Below are positions 49,181 through 63,599 of a stretch of DNA of 64,000 nucleotides, one piece after another. The notes below the pieces were generated by a model that was not told the DNA's origin, did not search any database, and saw only the letters and a program-made list of their open reading frames with translations. A program made the position numbers and the translations under genes. Within the stretch, counting starts at the first letter, position 1. Each line of letters starts with the position of its first letter. The DNA comes from Octopus sinensis (Eukaryota): assembly GCF_006345805.1 (NCBI RefSeq), contig NC_042997.1:147746001-147810000 (forward strand), written 5' to 3'.

Positions 49181-50960
49181 ATTATTACATTATATAAAAG
49201 GGCTTAGTAAAATAAATTACTTTGCCGCATACGGAACTCATTAGAAATAGTAGCTAAAAAAACTTTTTTAAAACTATTTCTAATACTTAAAGAAAACCTC
49301 TCTCATATAGTGTTTGCTCAATTCAACTCACGAAAGTATGGGGGTAAAGACATTAAAAAATCAAATGCAAAGGTTATTTGAGAACGTACGTTTCAAGATT
49401 AGTCAACTCGACATTTCTATCATCAGCTCAGAACTCCTTGGTTTGGAGTTGAAAACACTGAAAGTGGGAGCATATCCTTTCGGCTTCTTATCGCTTCTGA
49501 AGATCTGCTCGAAACTAACAGTGCCAGCAAACTCAAATATGCAAGCGAAGAATTTCTGCTCTCCCCTTTCCACCAGCGTGGGTTAAAATCAGTCAACACT
49601 ATGCTTTTTCGGTAAAATCCGAGGCATTAAATAGAGAGAGATGAATTATAATTTCAACAATATATACATACATACATACGTACATACATACATACATACA
49701 TACATACATACATACATACATACATACATACATACATACTTACATACATATATACTTACATACATAAATACATACATACATACATGCAAACAAAAATATC
49801 CAGTTGTTGATGTTGAAATTCCAATGAAGGAGCCTTGGATCTACGTTTTGGAACCGGTTCGTTCTCTATTGGCAACTAATCTAGAAATAAACTGAATAAC
49901 GACACATAGATAAATATATACATACAGAGAAGCAGACAGACAGACATACAGACAAGCACACACATACACACATACATGTGGTTGTATGTATACAGGCCAC
50001 CCACCATGGGAGTAAGTGGCCTATATCAAATTTGAGCAAAATATCTGGATAGTGTGTGACCTGAGGAAAGTGCAATATTTTTGTGTGTGACGAGCCAATT
50101 AGAAACACTAATATTTTTACGGCTCTCCTTTCCTCAGTTTCGGTGATCCTCTGCCTCTTTTTCTATCGAATGCTTCCTCTCCTCTATTCTTTCTATTACC
50201 TCCTCTCTTCATTTCTTTCCTTCTCTTCCACTTAGCCCTTCTTTTCCAAATCATCACTTCTCTTACTCTTCCCTCTTTATCTCTGCTCCACTTACCTTAA
50301 ACTTATACTTATTGCCTCTCTTCCATCTCCTTCACATGCGTGTATCATTCTTCCAGTGTTCTGCTTAGTTATAACCAGATATAACTGACGAATGTAGCAA
50401 CAATTTTCTAGGCCGTTCCCTTTTTCTCCGCCGATCAATGGGTCCAGTAACCATATCAGTAACGAACTAGAATAAAGAAACGTATGTAAAGACCATTATT
50501 TATGCCTTGTCTTATATATGTATATATATATATATATATATTGATTGATTGGTTAGTTCTATTTATGTATAATAGAGAGTAGCAATTGAAGAAGCGAGAA
50601 ATGTTTTGTGCCCCCAAAGCAGTATATTACACGGTGAAACCTAAATTTATTTAGTATTTCATTTAATATTCTATATCTGTTTCCACCAATATGCCTTCTA
50701 ACAACTGCACTTTATCGATGTAGGCCATCAAATAGGGAATATTCATTACATTATTAAGTATCCTATTAAAATTATTGTTTCCATTCTAAATTAAGCATTA
50801 AAGTAAGAGTGAGTGTGTAAGACAGAGAAAAAACAAAGGGAAATACAAATAATTTGAAATTTTGAAAGATTGCCTTGACCTTGGCAGCTAGGGAAGCATG
50901 AATTGAATAATACCAACATTGTTTCTATTGCATTTATTATATATATATATTATATATATA

Positions 50961-51032
<72 letters not shown>

Positions 51033-51607
51033 AGAAACTATAACTTATTTAATATATGATTGAAATGTACAAAAAGAAAAACAAAAGACAGAGGCAGATG
51101 AAGGAACAACAGCTAAAGTGTATCAGTTTCACGGCCAGGAAAAGTGGAAAAATATTTAACATCTCGAACCTACTCTCTTCGACAGATAGGAATGAGGGAA
51201 GAAAACGGAAACAGAAAAGTCGGAGAGAGAAAAAAAAACCGGTCTGGATTGATGGCCCACATGTCGAATTGACTGTAAGGTAGTTGTTGAATGGAAGAGA
51301 AGATATCAAGGAGCTGGTTACAACTTCAATGAAAAAAAAAAAAAAAAAAAAGTAGCATGCAACGATAACAATTTAAATATATCATGATGGTGCGGAATGT
51401 AGAATAAACAAAAGAAATCACAATCATAAATGATCATTCTGAAGCGAGATGATAGAGCACTACAGTTTTGGTGCAGATGTTTAGCGATAGCCTTTTTGGC
51501 GATAAATTATTTGGTGCTGAAAGCACTCCTCGACACACACAAAAATACACACAAAACACACATATTCACAAACACACACAATCACTGACACACACGCACT
51601 GACACAC

Positions 51608-51654
<47 letters not shown>

Positions 51655-52355
51655 AACACACACACACCACACACACACGCGCACACACACACACACACAC
51701 ATACACACACAGAGGAACTAACACATGCAAAGTAATAGGAAGACAGAAAGTTTTTGAGAGTGTGAGTAAAGGAGATAAACACAAACAGAAATGAAATATA
51801 CTGAAATCGAAATGGAATAGTTTTTATCTCCCTTTACATGACATAAATACACAGTGAAAGATTTTTTGTGAATTAAAAAAAAACATATTTTATTGAAAAA
51901 TAGAAAATTGTAACTTTATATAATTTTTCACCTGGCAGGTGTGAGCATTATGTTTTTAGCCTCAGTGGGGTTCATGCCTATCTAATAGAAATAAGTTATA
52001 TTGAATAAAAGCAAAATTTTCTCGGCACTAAAATGGGTTATTGCTAAAGTGTCCAATAGCAAATGGATTTTATGCAGAATCAGCAGTACCAAAATCTCTA
52101 GCGCTAAATTGCTTGTACTGAATCCTCCATAATCTTTGGAATTCAATGTTCGCATGCATCTATTTCACCATTAGGTTCCATAAACATTCAAAGAAATAGC
52201 TAAAACCGAGAAGAAAAGCTAAGAATACACACACCTATGTATATGTATATTTATATATTTACCCTTGTGTATGTATGTATGCATGTATTATGTATGTATG
52301 TATGTATGTATGTATGTATGTTGTATGTATGTATGTATGTATGTATGCATGTATG

Positions 52356-52400
<45 letters not shown>

Positions 52401-53939
52401 ATGTAACATTTACGCACACATATAAAAACTCTTACACACGCACATATATATGTATAGGTATTTATAAATAGATAAATAGATACTGAGATAGCGTGACAGC
52501 AGAAGAGAGCTAACACATATTTTATAAAATATCATAGATGTGAAGACCCTTAATTGAGGGAGCAGCTGAAGAAGTCCAAGAAACACCCACAAAGTTGACG
52601 AGAGACAAACAGAACTCATAAATGTGAAGTTTTCATAGTTGTCTTATGTGTCAGATTTTATGATCTTGTAGACAATGGTTAGAGCTCAGAAATTCATGAC
52701 ACATGTCTTAAGAAGTCTTCAATTCGAAAACATGGCAACTACTACTCTTTATTGTATTGATAAGTTAAGCAGATAACAGCCTTAATTGTATCGCAGGCTT
52801 AATTGTTGTTTTTTACAAAATCTCTGTGAAATATACAAAAAATAAATATTATTGCCAGATAAATTATAATAGTATATGCACAAAATCATTATTTGGTGTG
52901 ACGGTTGGATATACTACTGTAAGATAGTATAACGTATAATAACGAATTTGCTTCAGTGCGGTATGTTTTCTTGTGGAACCTATTCTCATTTCGCTAGCTG
53001 AAATTATTGACAATGAAATAGCCTTCTTATCGGCAAAAAGTAGCCACGGTCCAATCACTGGACACACTCCTACCGAGTTATTCAACTATGAAATATAGTG
53101 CAAGTAAACAGTGGATCTCAAATTAGAAAGTTGATGAAATATTGCCATATTTTATGAAATATTTCTATAATTCATTTTCTCTAAAAGTCAAACATTAAGT
53201 TTCTACAAATACCTTTTACATTTTGAAATGTTACTTAGAAATAAAATATAGTTTAGTTTTAGTGCACTGGCGCTGAGAGCCGAAAGAACAGGAGTTCAAA
53301 CATCGCAGAAAATACATCGTTTAATATAAAATGGATATAAATAATGTCAAATGTTTTTAGATATTACCTCCTTGCAAAATGTAATTCACGGAATTCCCAT
53401 CAGTTCGGAGTAGTGTTTGTCAGCTGTACTTGTAATTTCAACGAAGGGACAACATGGATTGCATTATCAAACCTTTTAAAACCGTATCGAACATTCATCA
53501 TTTGAAAGGTAATAGTTTGTCATAGTTTAAGTCACTATAGGATATACGTAAACACTTATAACATTATTGTTAATGCATTTCTTGCGTTTTTCAGCTAATC
53601 ATAGCCTTCACTCTTTCGCCTTTTATCCAGCCATCAATCTGCCAAATTTAATAAGTTGATCTCGATTCAAACAGAGTATTGGGAAGACTGATCATGTCAC
53701 TTTTGATTAAATAGACATCCATGTAGTTTAAGCAGTTGCGTGTGTGCATCAACAGAATAACTAAATGCATCCAGCAACATACTCGCTTCGCTATAGTTTC
53801 ATTGCAAGCAGGTATTGGCAAATGTCCATTTTCACGAATCAGCGCATGCATGTCTTTTATTCACAAATAAATATTCGACAGTAGTGAATTCTCTCTCTAC
53901 TTAGATACATTTACACTCACACAAACACAGACATACATA

Positions 53940-53988
<49 letters not shown>

Positions 53989-54279
53989 AGGTGTGTATAT
54001 ATGCATGTATATATAATTATGCATTATCTATATGCATTATCTATAATTATGTACGTATGCATTACCTACGCTGATACACGCCCAAATGTACATATGTATT
54101 TCATACATACACACTCGTCAACATATATATTGTGGGGAAGTGAAAGGGTGTTTCAACCGAAACAAAAAGAAAACAACAACAAAAAGTAAAAAGAACATAC
54201 GTCTAGTTTTTTTTTATTGTGAATTAATTCATTAATTATGATTTGTACTTACAAATACGTACTTACAATACGTACTTAC

Positions 54280-54830
54280 AACTGGTTTTCTTAGTTTACG
54301 GTGATATACCAGTGGCCAGTGTCTTCTTGGAGTTAATGATAGGGATGCCCACGTTACTAAAGGGATCATATGCCATATTAAAACCCAGAGCTTTTAGGCT
54401 TTTAGGAGCAGAGGTTTTGTTATCAACGAATAAAAGTCTACAACATCAAAGTGAGTAAATTGATAGTATTGGTTATCGCTTATATTCTTAAACCACTTTA
54501 TCACAGCCATGCTATTGTCCTATAGGGAGTTCTATAATATTTCCACACCCAATTAAGAAGAAATCTAATTTTAAAAATTAAATTTACCTATTTCGGTTTT
54601 AATTGAGTTTATATGCTTATACTTGGGGCGATTCCTAAAGTTAATTTTCTTGGTTTTTATGTGTAATTAAAGTTTTGAACAAGGGAAAGTAATCTACTCT
54701 ATCACTAACATTTAGGTTGGTTGCAATACATTTGGCTGCTAGTTTCTCCTGGTTGTATAACAGTTGGTTTATCTTACACATATTAGTAACAATGTTAGAA
54801 TGGATCCTGTTATAACTATTTTCTCCTGTC
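54280..54830 (-). pseudogene. Penelope-like reverse transcriptase remnant
   Basis: NQEKLAAKCIATNLNVSDRVDY…NFRNRPKY…IKTEIGK…NSMAVIKWFKNISD…FTHFDVVDFYSLIT..LL.KAL, the PLE RT N-terminal and motif 3-4 pattern; multiple frameshifts. Confidence 0.8.
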
Positions 54831-54834
54831 AACA

Positions 54835-54952
54835 GCTTGAATATATATCACGTTGAAAGGACAGGTTCTCGTTCCATCACCGAGGTTATGCAACGTCGAG
54901 CCTAGTGGGTACTTAGATAGGTGATCGCTTGGGAAACCTAGGTGCTGTAAGC
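54835..54952 (+). pseudogene. 5S rRNA pseudogene (118 nt)
   Basis: atatcacgttgaa…ggttctcgttccatcaccgaggttatgcaacgtcgagcc…gtacttagataggtgatcgcttgggaaacctaggtgctgtaagc is colinear with metazoan 5S rRNA over its full length, with roughly 20% substitutions including in box A/C (by-eye comparison with a recalled consensus). Confidence 0.85.
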
Positions 54953-54962
54953 GTCTCACACT

Positions 54963-55127
54963 TTAGGCGCAGGAGTGGGGCTGTGTGGTAGTTAGCTTGT
55001 TTACCAGCCTCATGGTTTCGGGTTCAGTCGCACTGCGTGGCAACTTGGGCAATTGTATTCTACTATAACTTCGGGCCGATCGAAGCGTTGTGAGCAGATT
55101 TCGTGGACGAAAATTGAAAGAGCCCGT

Positions 55128-55182
<55 letters not shown>

Positions 55183-55325
55183 TTATGTGTTTGTTTTTGT
55201 CCCCACCACCATCGCTTGACAACTGATGCTGGTGTATTTACGAGAAGTCCCAAAGTCGATATTTCGATTAAGGGCGGTGCTCCAGCATGGCCGCAGTCAA
55301 ATCACTGAAATAGATAAGAGAATAA
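54963..55325 (+). mobile_element. full-length SINE family A
   Basis: taggcgcaggagtggggctgtgtggtag…gggttcagtc head; tail ggcggtgctccagcatggccgcagtcaaatcactgaaa. Confidence 0.85.
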
Positions 55326-56827
55326 AGGAATATATATAGCTTGATTCTTAAGGTGATCGGTCTGGACAGCAACTTTTTACGGCTCTAATCGACGAACAGG
55401 GAATATCCGCTCTTAGGTTGGTTAGGGACGTGACGTAACGTCTTTCCGGAATCCTAAAAGAGGACTTATGATTGTAGAGGCGTCGCTTAAGGGCAGTTCC
55501 GGCGAACTGATGTGTCTCCGTATTTGAGTGTTGATTCTGTTATCACCTCTCTGTATATATGTATGTATATTTATATATGTATGAATCTATGTATGTATGT
55601 ATGTATGTATGTATGTATGTATGTATGTATGTATGTATGTATCCATGCATGCATGCATGCATGTATGTATGTATGTATGTATATAGGTATGTATAAATGT
55701 ATGTAGGAAGTGAGAATGATTAGCCACATAGATCGTGCGTCAGTTCCGACTCTGACAGAAATGTGTGTAATTTTTTTTCGAACCAGGTATAGTTTGCAGA
55801 CAAAAAGACGATTCATGAGAGGAATGACCGAGACAGTAATAATTGTTAGGTGATTTACATTCTAAAACGAAATCCTCTTACAGCATCATATATGAAGGAA
55901 TTCTCATTCGCCATTAATGTGTGTAAAATCTCACAAATTTTTGTATATGTTTACGAATGCTTTTAGCTTCATTGTGTGTTTATTATCTTGGTATTTCTGA
56001 TAATAGCTTCATCTTCATCAGACTTTTGCTATTACCTTCAGCAAAATATAATCTGCATCGAACATTTACTACATTACACTGCAATTTTTCATATTAATAA
56101 AAATGGTACAACAGTGCTTCAGCCATTATTATATAGCAAGACTGATTGAACAAAAAGAACTATAAAGAATAAAAATGATAATAATGAAAAGTTCTATTTC
56201 TGACATTTAATGCCTAAAATTTTATCAATCTACAAGCAATGAACTCGATGTCTATTGTATGGATCGAAAAAAAAAAATTAATCGATATAATTTGGTATCT
56301 AGTCCTATGTTCATTTTATGGAGTCGAGTTTGTTTCAAAGAATGACTTTTAGCCTACCATTAGAACATTTATTCCTGCCGTATATCAATGTTGTTTTCTG
56401 CTTCAATATTGTATTTTTTTCTTGCTCTGTTTTCTGTTTTACAATTATCTGTTAATCAATAATCTACAGAGTTTATCCTCCAAACACGTGATTTTTATAT
56501 ATTGCAAGTAAAATAGAAGTAATGCAGACGGTACGCGGGTTATTCAGATTTTTTCATCAATGTTCGTGATGTAGTAACTGGTGTAGGATCTAAAAGATTG
56601 TAGATTAACTTGGTTAATAATAACTAAACTTGGTCAATAATAACTAAACATTTTTTTGAAACCTAGTGTACTTCGTTTCCTTTCAGTTAGGTTAAATATT
56701 TGAAAGAAAATATCTGATAATTATTCAAATAGAAAAAAAAAGCATATAAAACCCTCAATTATTTGTCTGCCTGCCTGAGTGGCGGTCTGCTTGTCTGCCT
56801 ACCTGCTTCTCTGCCTGCCTGTCTGTC

Positions 56828-56925
<98 letters not shown>

Positions 56926-56940
56926 CTCAATCTATCTATC

Positions 56941-56996
<56 letters not shown>

Positions 56997-57147
56997 ACTG
57001 TCAGTCTATAAATGGATGTGCGTGTTTCTACACACATACACACTTGTGTATGTATGTTTTTATTTATGTATGTAAGTATGAATGTGTTTGCATATATATA
57101 CTTACACATACAGATGTGTAATTCTGGGTGGTAAGTATGTATGTATG

Positions 57148-57199
<52 letters not shown>

Positions 57200-57239
57200 T
57201 ATATATATATATATTATATATCTTATTATATATATAATA

Positions 57240-57287
<48 letters not shown>

Positions 57288-58199
57288 GTATGTATATGCA
57301 TATAATATATCCACACATAGCTGCAGAATGACATTAAGCAGTAATTCAAAGAATGTAGTTTGGCTTTACCTTCACAACGTTATTTTTTTAAATCTCTGTT
57401 TTAAACTCATTATCAGAAAGCACATTTCGCGTCCAGACAGTTTTCTATTACAATTGCTATGTATTATTTGAAATTTTCTGACATTTTTTACAATAAAAAA
57501 AGAAAAAATCACGTCTTAAGATAAAGTAAAATATCTAATATTTCTTTTTATATCTTTGTCTTTTTTGGTGTCATTAAACCTCTGTAGGACATGAATATAC
57601 TGTTTCGTTTTAGATCTGTTCGAAATACATTTATTATTTAAAATAATATCTAACCGGCTGTCACATAATTTCAAAGAAAGATATTTCTTTGAGTGTTTTT
57701 CCCATTTAAAATATTGTAGACGCAAAGATACTACTTTTGGTACGTTCTATCATTTATCATAACTATTCAACATCTATAGAATTGTCTAGAGGATGAGCAC
57801 TAACTGCATGTCTTCGGTGCTACTCACATTATAAATTATCTGTAAAAGCTTTTGTAATATACCAGATGTGTATAACGGTACCCTACATAACTACTTATTT
57901 AAACCCTCGATCCTCTGACAGTATAAGCCATCAACACCGTTTCTCCACTATTCTCAATTCTTGACTGTCCTTTTTGCTTCTTTCCAGTTTGAACTCTGGT
58001 TTTTCAGCTTCGCGTCAATATTTTATGCTGTCCCTATCTTTTGCCTTTCTTGTAGTTTCCACATCAGAGCCCGACGTGTAATATATTTCCCAGAGGAATA
58101 GCCTTTCTCTCGCAGGTCTTTAGGATTTTGAATTGTTATCCATTCTTCTGCAACTCTACTTTCTCCTAGCTAGGGACGTTGGTCCTCCGCGAGTGTTTC

Positions 58200-58470
58200 C
58201 TACTATACCTCTGGCCGCCCAAAGCCTTGTGAGTCGATTTCATCGTATATATATATGCGTGTCTATGTAAATGTATGTGTGTATCTTTGTATCTGTGTTT
58301 CATTCCTACCAACTTCTTTACAGTCTGTGTTGGTTTGTTTACGTCCCCATAATCAGCAGTTCGGCAAAGAGGCCTATGAAAATCGGCTGTGGTCGAATTG
58401 TTCGTATAAAAACCTGTGAGGGAGGTGCCCCAGCATGGCTGAATTCCATTCACTGACAGAAGTAAGAGAT
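58200..58470 (+). mobile_element. 5'-truncated degenerate SINE family A
   Basis: aaagccttgtgagtcgattt…ggaggtgccccagcatggct tail. Confidence 0.7.
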
Positions 58471-60505
58471 AAAAGGTAAAATATTATCGTCAATGTTAAA
58501 AGGCGAAAATATATATCTAACAAAAACGAAGTGACCATCCAAATATAAAGATCTTGTTACAGAGATAAGAGGTCAGTACAATGTGGCTACAGAAACACTC
58601 CCTTCTATAAATAACGCATATGAGTAGAGTAAATAGTCGCAGGGCTTATAAATGCAAGATACACATAGGACATTGCACGGCTAGGCATAAAATACAAACT
58701 ATTATGCAATGTAATTCTAATAAAAGAGAAGAAAAATGGAAAACATCACGCTAGAATGTAGAGTGATATTACCAAAATAATAATTACAATAATATTACAA
58801 GAACATCAAGACAAACTAACTAGATATAATTAGCAAGTAATGGAAAGCAGATTGTGGTGATATGAAAATAAAAACTGTTCTAATGATAACCGGTGTTCTA
58901 GATATGAAAAGGAAACACAATGGAACTATTGCAAATCACATTCCAAGTCTTTTAACTCCACACTATCAACACTAACTCTACTACGAACATCACATATCAA
59001 ATTTTACACACTATTCTATTCTATAGAACTACCGAAACAGTAGTTTTTCTACACAAAATACACAATACATACCCTAGATTACTCGATGAAATGACATCAC
59101 GCACATTACATACTCGGCACATATTTCACTTAATACGACAAGCATTTTCTAAACGACCTTAACATAAAATCCTTAATTCATCTAAGGATATGGTCAGGTC
59201 CCTTACGCCCTCCATACAGTTCAGGTTTGCAATACATAAATACAATGAAACATAGTTTCATTTCTTCAACGATTCCGATACCTCCAAACGATATCTGAAC
59301 ATGTTTCTTCAAAGGTTACTAGATAAGTCATCTATACGTGGATACATCTTAATCAACAACAACTTCCTACGAGAGAGGGCCATGATTCTACAAAACTTGA
59401 CCTAAAAATGACATAACAAATTCTATCAGGGAGAGCTATTTACACTTTGCCGGGACCATTTTCTGACCGAAATTTATCTATGTTTATGTAAGTTTAATAC
59501 AAATCCCAGTGTACAGAGTCTCCACCCAATAAAATACTACAACCCCAGAATATATAATTTTCTCGATCATCATCCAAATTGCAAAATATATATATATCGG
59601 ATACTCAACTCTCTCCAGCAGTAGAAAAACAAAATCTACAGAGCACATCACCTCCATAACCCACATTAAAAAAATTGCCATATCATGCAACTCGCACAGA
59701 AAACTTCGTAGCCTCAGTTACTACACAACACTATATAGCACAAACCAAAAAATAGCAGTCATTTTTCCTCTAAGGATTTCTATCGTTTAAAGAGGAACGA
59801 CATATTGTATATTGTATAATCCTAAGTATGCCAAAGGACATAGCGAATACTCAACGATACAAATAGGCGAAAGTCTAAAGTAACTCGAGAAGACGGAAAA
59901 CAAAGCGAGAAAAGTGCAAAATGTGCACGCACGAATACATACACACAAACGCGCGCGCATTCTTCAGTTTCACAAGAAAATGCCGCATTCACCTCATGGA
60001 CATGAAAGATAATCTGGTGGTGTAGTAGAAAGTTGCAAGAAACTGGAGAAAAGACGATGATAATGACGATGCCTCTAAACAAATACAAAAGATAATAATG
60101 TTATTAGAGGAGAAGAAAAAGAAGAAAAAGTAGAACAAGAACAACAGTAACAGTAGCAACAACGTTGAATATGATGAAAATAGAAGAGAAAGAAATAGAA
60201 AAGGATGAAAGAGAAGATGATGAAGAAGACGCAGGAGGAGGAGAAGGAGATGAGGAGGAGGAAGAGGAAAAGAAAAAGCGAAAGGAGAAGAACGCTTCTT
60301 TTTTTAATTTATTTGCTACAAGTCCAAGTTAAAACAAATATACATAGAGAAAATGTCGCAATACACGAATGACATTTAACAGAAATTAATGAAATATAAA
60401 ATGTAAAATATTCTACGATATTATACAAGTATTTTATACATAGTTTGGAGCTGAATAATTAACAAACTCTCATTCGTATTGTTGATTTTTATATATTTTG
60501 CTACA

Positions 60506-61255
60506 CGTATTTCTTACAGACGCTTCACGTAGGTAACATCGATGATGTAGACAAAATAATAGCAATTTGTTTTGTCAAGATTACAAGCACACATGATAAT
60601 AAATCTTCTATGGACAGCAACTTAAAGAGAAAAGTTACAAAAAATATACGCTTGAAGTTTGTTCGATGTTTACCGATAGCAATTGGAGATTTTTAATCTC
60701 ATAATTTTACGAAGTAATCGTTAGAAAAGACAGTAGAGTGTTATTATAGAGCAACGTTGTGCATACATATTTACAGTTAAGTAGATACAGACAGTAAGAA
60801 TAAATGTTTATCGAAAAGATCACTGTCAAAATGTATAGACAGAAAAAGGAAAAAAGGGTTGGACAATTACAGCGCGTATTTCTTACAGACGCTTCACGTA
60901 GGTAACATCGATGATGTAGACAAAATAATAGCAATTGTTTTGTCAAGATTACAAGCACACATGATAATAAATCTTCTATGACAGCAACTAAAGCAACTCT
61001 TAAAGAGAAAAGTTACAAAAAAATATACGCTTGAAGTTTGTTCGATGTTTACCGATAGCAATTGGAGATTTTTAATCTCATAATTTTACGAAGTAATCGT
61101 TAGAAAAGACAGTAGAGTGTTACTTAGAGCAACGTTGTGCATACATATTTACAGTTAAGTAGATACAGACAGTAAGAATAAATGTTTATCGAAAAGATCA
61201 CTGTCAAAATGTATAGACAGAAAAAGGAAAAAAGGATGTTGGACAATTACAGCGC
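60506..61255. repeat. 369/381-bp direct tandem duplication
   Basis: cgtatttcttacagacg…ggacaattacagcgc occurs at 60506-60874 and 60875-61255, differing mostly by small indels. Confidence 0.92.
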
Positions 61256-62820
61256 CAAGACAGCTTCATATAGATTTTGGCAGTATATGTGTTGTCAATA
61301 TGATAAAAGATATAGCTAGGTCAGAGAATAGAAGTAAAGCTATATGGAATTCTGGAGTCCTTAAAATAAATAATGGCCCTCTTATAAAGAAGACTGGTTC
61401 ATTTAACAGAACTGTCGATACATATTTTCGCTGATTGATACATTGATAAATTACTAGAGTTCCTTTATTCATCCTCAGAGAATTGAAAATCAAAATCAAC
61501 GTCAGTGAAATTTGAACTCATTTCTGAGGGAATTGCGAATTTGAATACCTTAGATTTCGCCTACAAATAGCACGTTTACCGAAATAAAACGTTAAATACA
61601 AGAAAAAAATGTAATATCTGGAAGTCATCTGTATTATTCCGCTAGGAAATTATGAACAAGATACACAATTACAATATAATAATGTAAAGAGTGTTACGAA
61701 GCAATTTGGGGAACTTGAGCATTTTAAAGAAAGTTAGTGAAGCACTCACAAAAGCTACATTACAAGAATGAAATACATATTAACAAAAGGCTACTCCTTA
61801 TATGATATAACTCGATAAATACGCTTTGAACAGTTTTTCGAGAAATTATTACAATGGCTGACAACCGAGGTGTATATGATTCTCTTCTCACCGGATGCGC
61901 ATGCACGCGTTTCGACCTTTTTTTCTCTCTACTCTAGCGATACGTTAAGCTGAGATGTGTTATATTTAATGCATATGACAATCTCACTATATTCAACATG
62001 TGAGAAAGTGAGGATAGAGTGGGAGTGTGTTTACGTTTGTATTCAAAAGAGATGTGCACTTACCCTGACCTCATCAAATCATTACCCATAACACGTAAAT
62101 GGAATGTGAGTTACAACCTACCTACTTCGTTCGCGCTAACTGCAATTTCTCTTCCGTTCACGAAAGAACCACATAGCGGCAGGAAAAGAAAAAGTAAATA
62201 TCTCCGCCTACTTACTAATGTAGAACAACGACCAAATTGTTCAATCTCCCTCCTGCCATTATTCATTGCTCTTTGATTTCAGCAACAAGTATGTGACTTA
62301 CAGTTGCGTTTCTATTATATGACATATACAGCCATATATACATTTCTTCATTGATGAACACATGCAAGCACATAGATAAATCTACACACACACACGAGCG
62401 CATACATGCACACACATTCACACACTCACAAACATACGCACGCACGCGTGAACACGCGAAGATATACTACAACGCCCATGTTTCACCACGATATATATTC
62501 ACAGGTATACGTGCAAGACTCACGTGTGTTGAAAAGTATGTAATAAAGTAATATTGTGATTTATTTCTTCTAAAACACATGCGATAATGCATGCACGCGC
62601 GAAAACTCATACACACAAAATCTCTTTCTCACACACACACAAACACATGTAACTTTTGTATCTTTCAATCTGTTACTCACCTCGTCTCTCCCTCTCTATT
62701 TCTCTCTCTCTCTCCGTTACACAGCCTTGAATATACGTATGTATGTATGGGTTTGTGTGTTTGCGAGCATATGCACATTCGTGTATAAATATCTTAAATA
62801 TTAATACATCTATAAGTATG

Positions 62821-62897
<77 letters not shown>

Positions 62898-63599
62898 GTG
62901 TGTGTGTGTATGTATGCATGAATATATGTACCTTATAAATTTCATTTTGTTTATATATATATGTATGGTATAGATATATAATATATTATAAAAGTCCAAC
63001 CTTGTTGATTCACGTTTATTACAATCTTATAATGATATATTATAGAATAATATATTACATTGAAATAAAAAAATGAAAATAGTAGAATGTTAAAATATTC
63101 ACGATGAACAAGTACTTTCATGCATGAATTCTGCAAATCTTCGGGTAATGTAGTAGTGTATGACATCATGCTTCACAATTTTTGACGTAGCCAGATGATG
63201 ATCTGTGCATAAATACAGCTGGGTAAGCTCCAAGTGCTAGTTGCAAACTGTATTCTGACCATCAGTGTGTAGTATCACAATTATAAGCTGATTGTTGGTT
63301 GAGATAGATTGGTTTAGGCATCACGCTTGTGGACATGTCAAGAGTCTGTATCTTGACCTGGCCGAAGCAGCAATTGTGGTTATTTTAGAAATGTTGTAAA
63401 TACCTTTGTCAGAGATTTTTATATTTTATATTTCATTGTCATCATCATATTGTCAGACCTTAATTATTGTTGCAGAATGGTGATGGTGTTGCAAATAGAA
63501 CTTTTAACCCTAAATAAGATAATTTCCTGCTATCTTCGTCTTGATCACTTTAGTATTGTTGTTGTTGTAGTGGTCATGGTCTTAGCAGTGGAGTAATCC

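Noticed and set aside
55420-55510. Promoter-like TGACGT and TTCCGG motifs
   Set aside because: Short motifs are expected by chance, and no downstream gene was identified.
56005-56035. Minus-strand CUGAUGA…GAAA motif
   Set aside because: No NUH triplet with a pairing stem I/III downstream.
60500-61500. Decayed GPCR on the minus strand (LRTPEFHIALLLFSDL…; possible ERF-like motif)
   Set aside because: Needs several frameshifts and stops; T-rich strands give hydrophobic peptides by chance; a BLASTx hit would be required.
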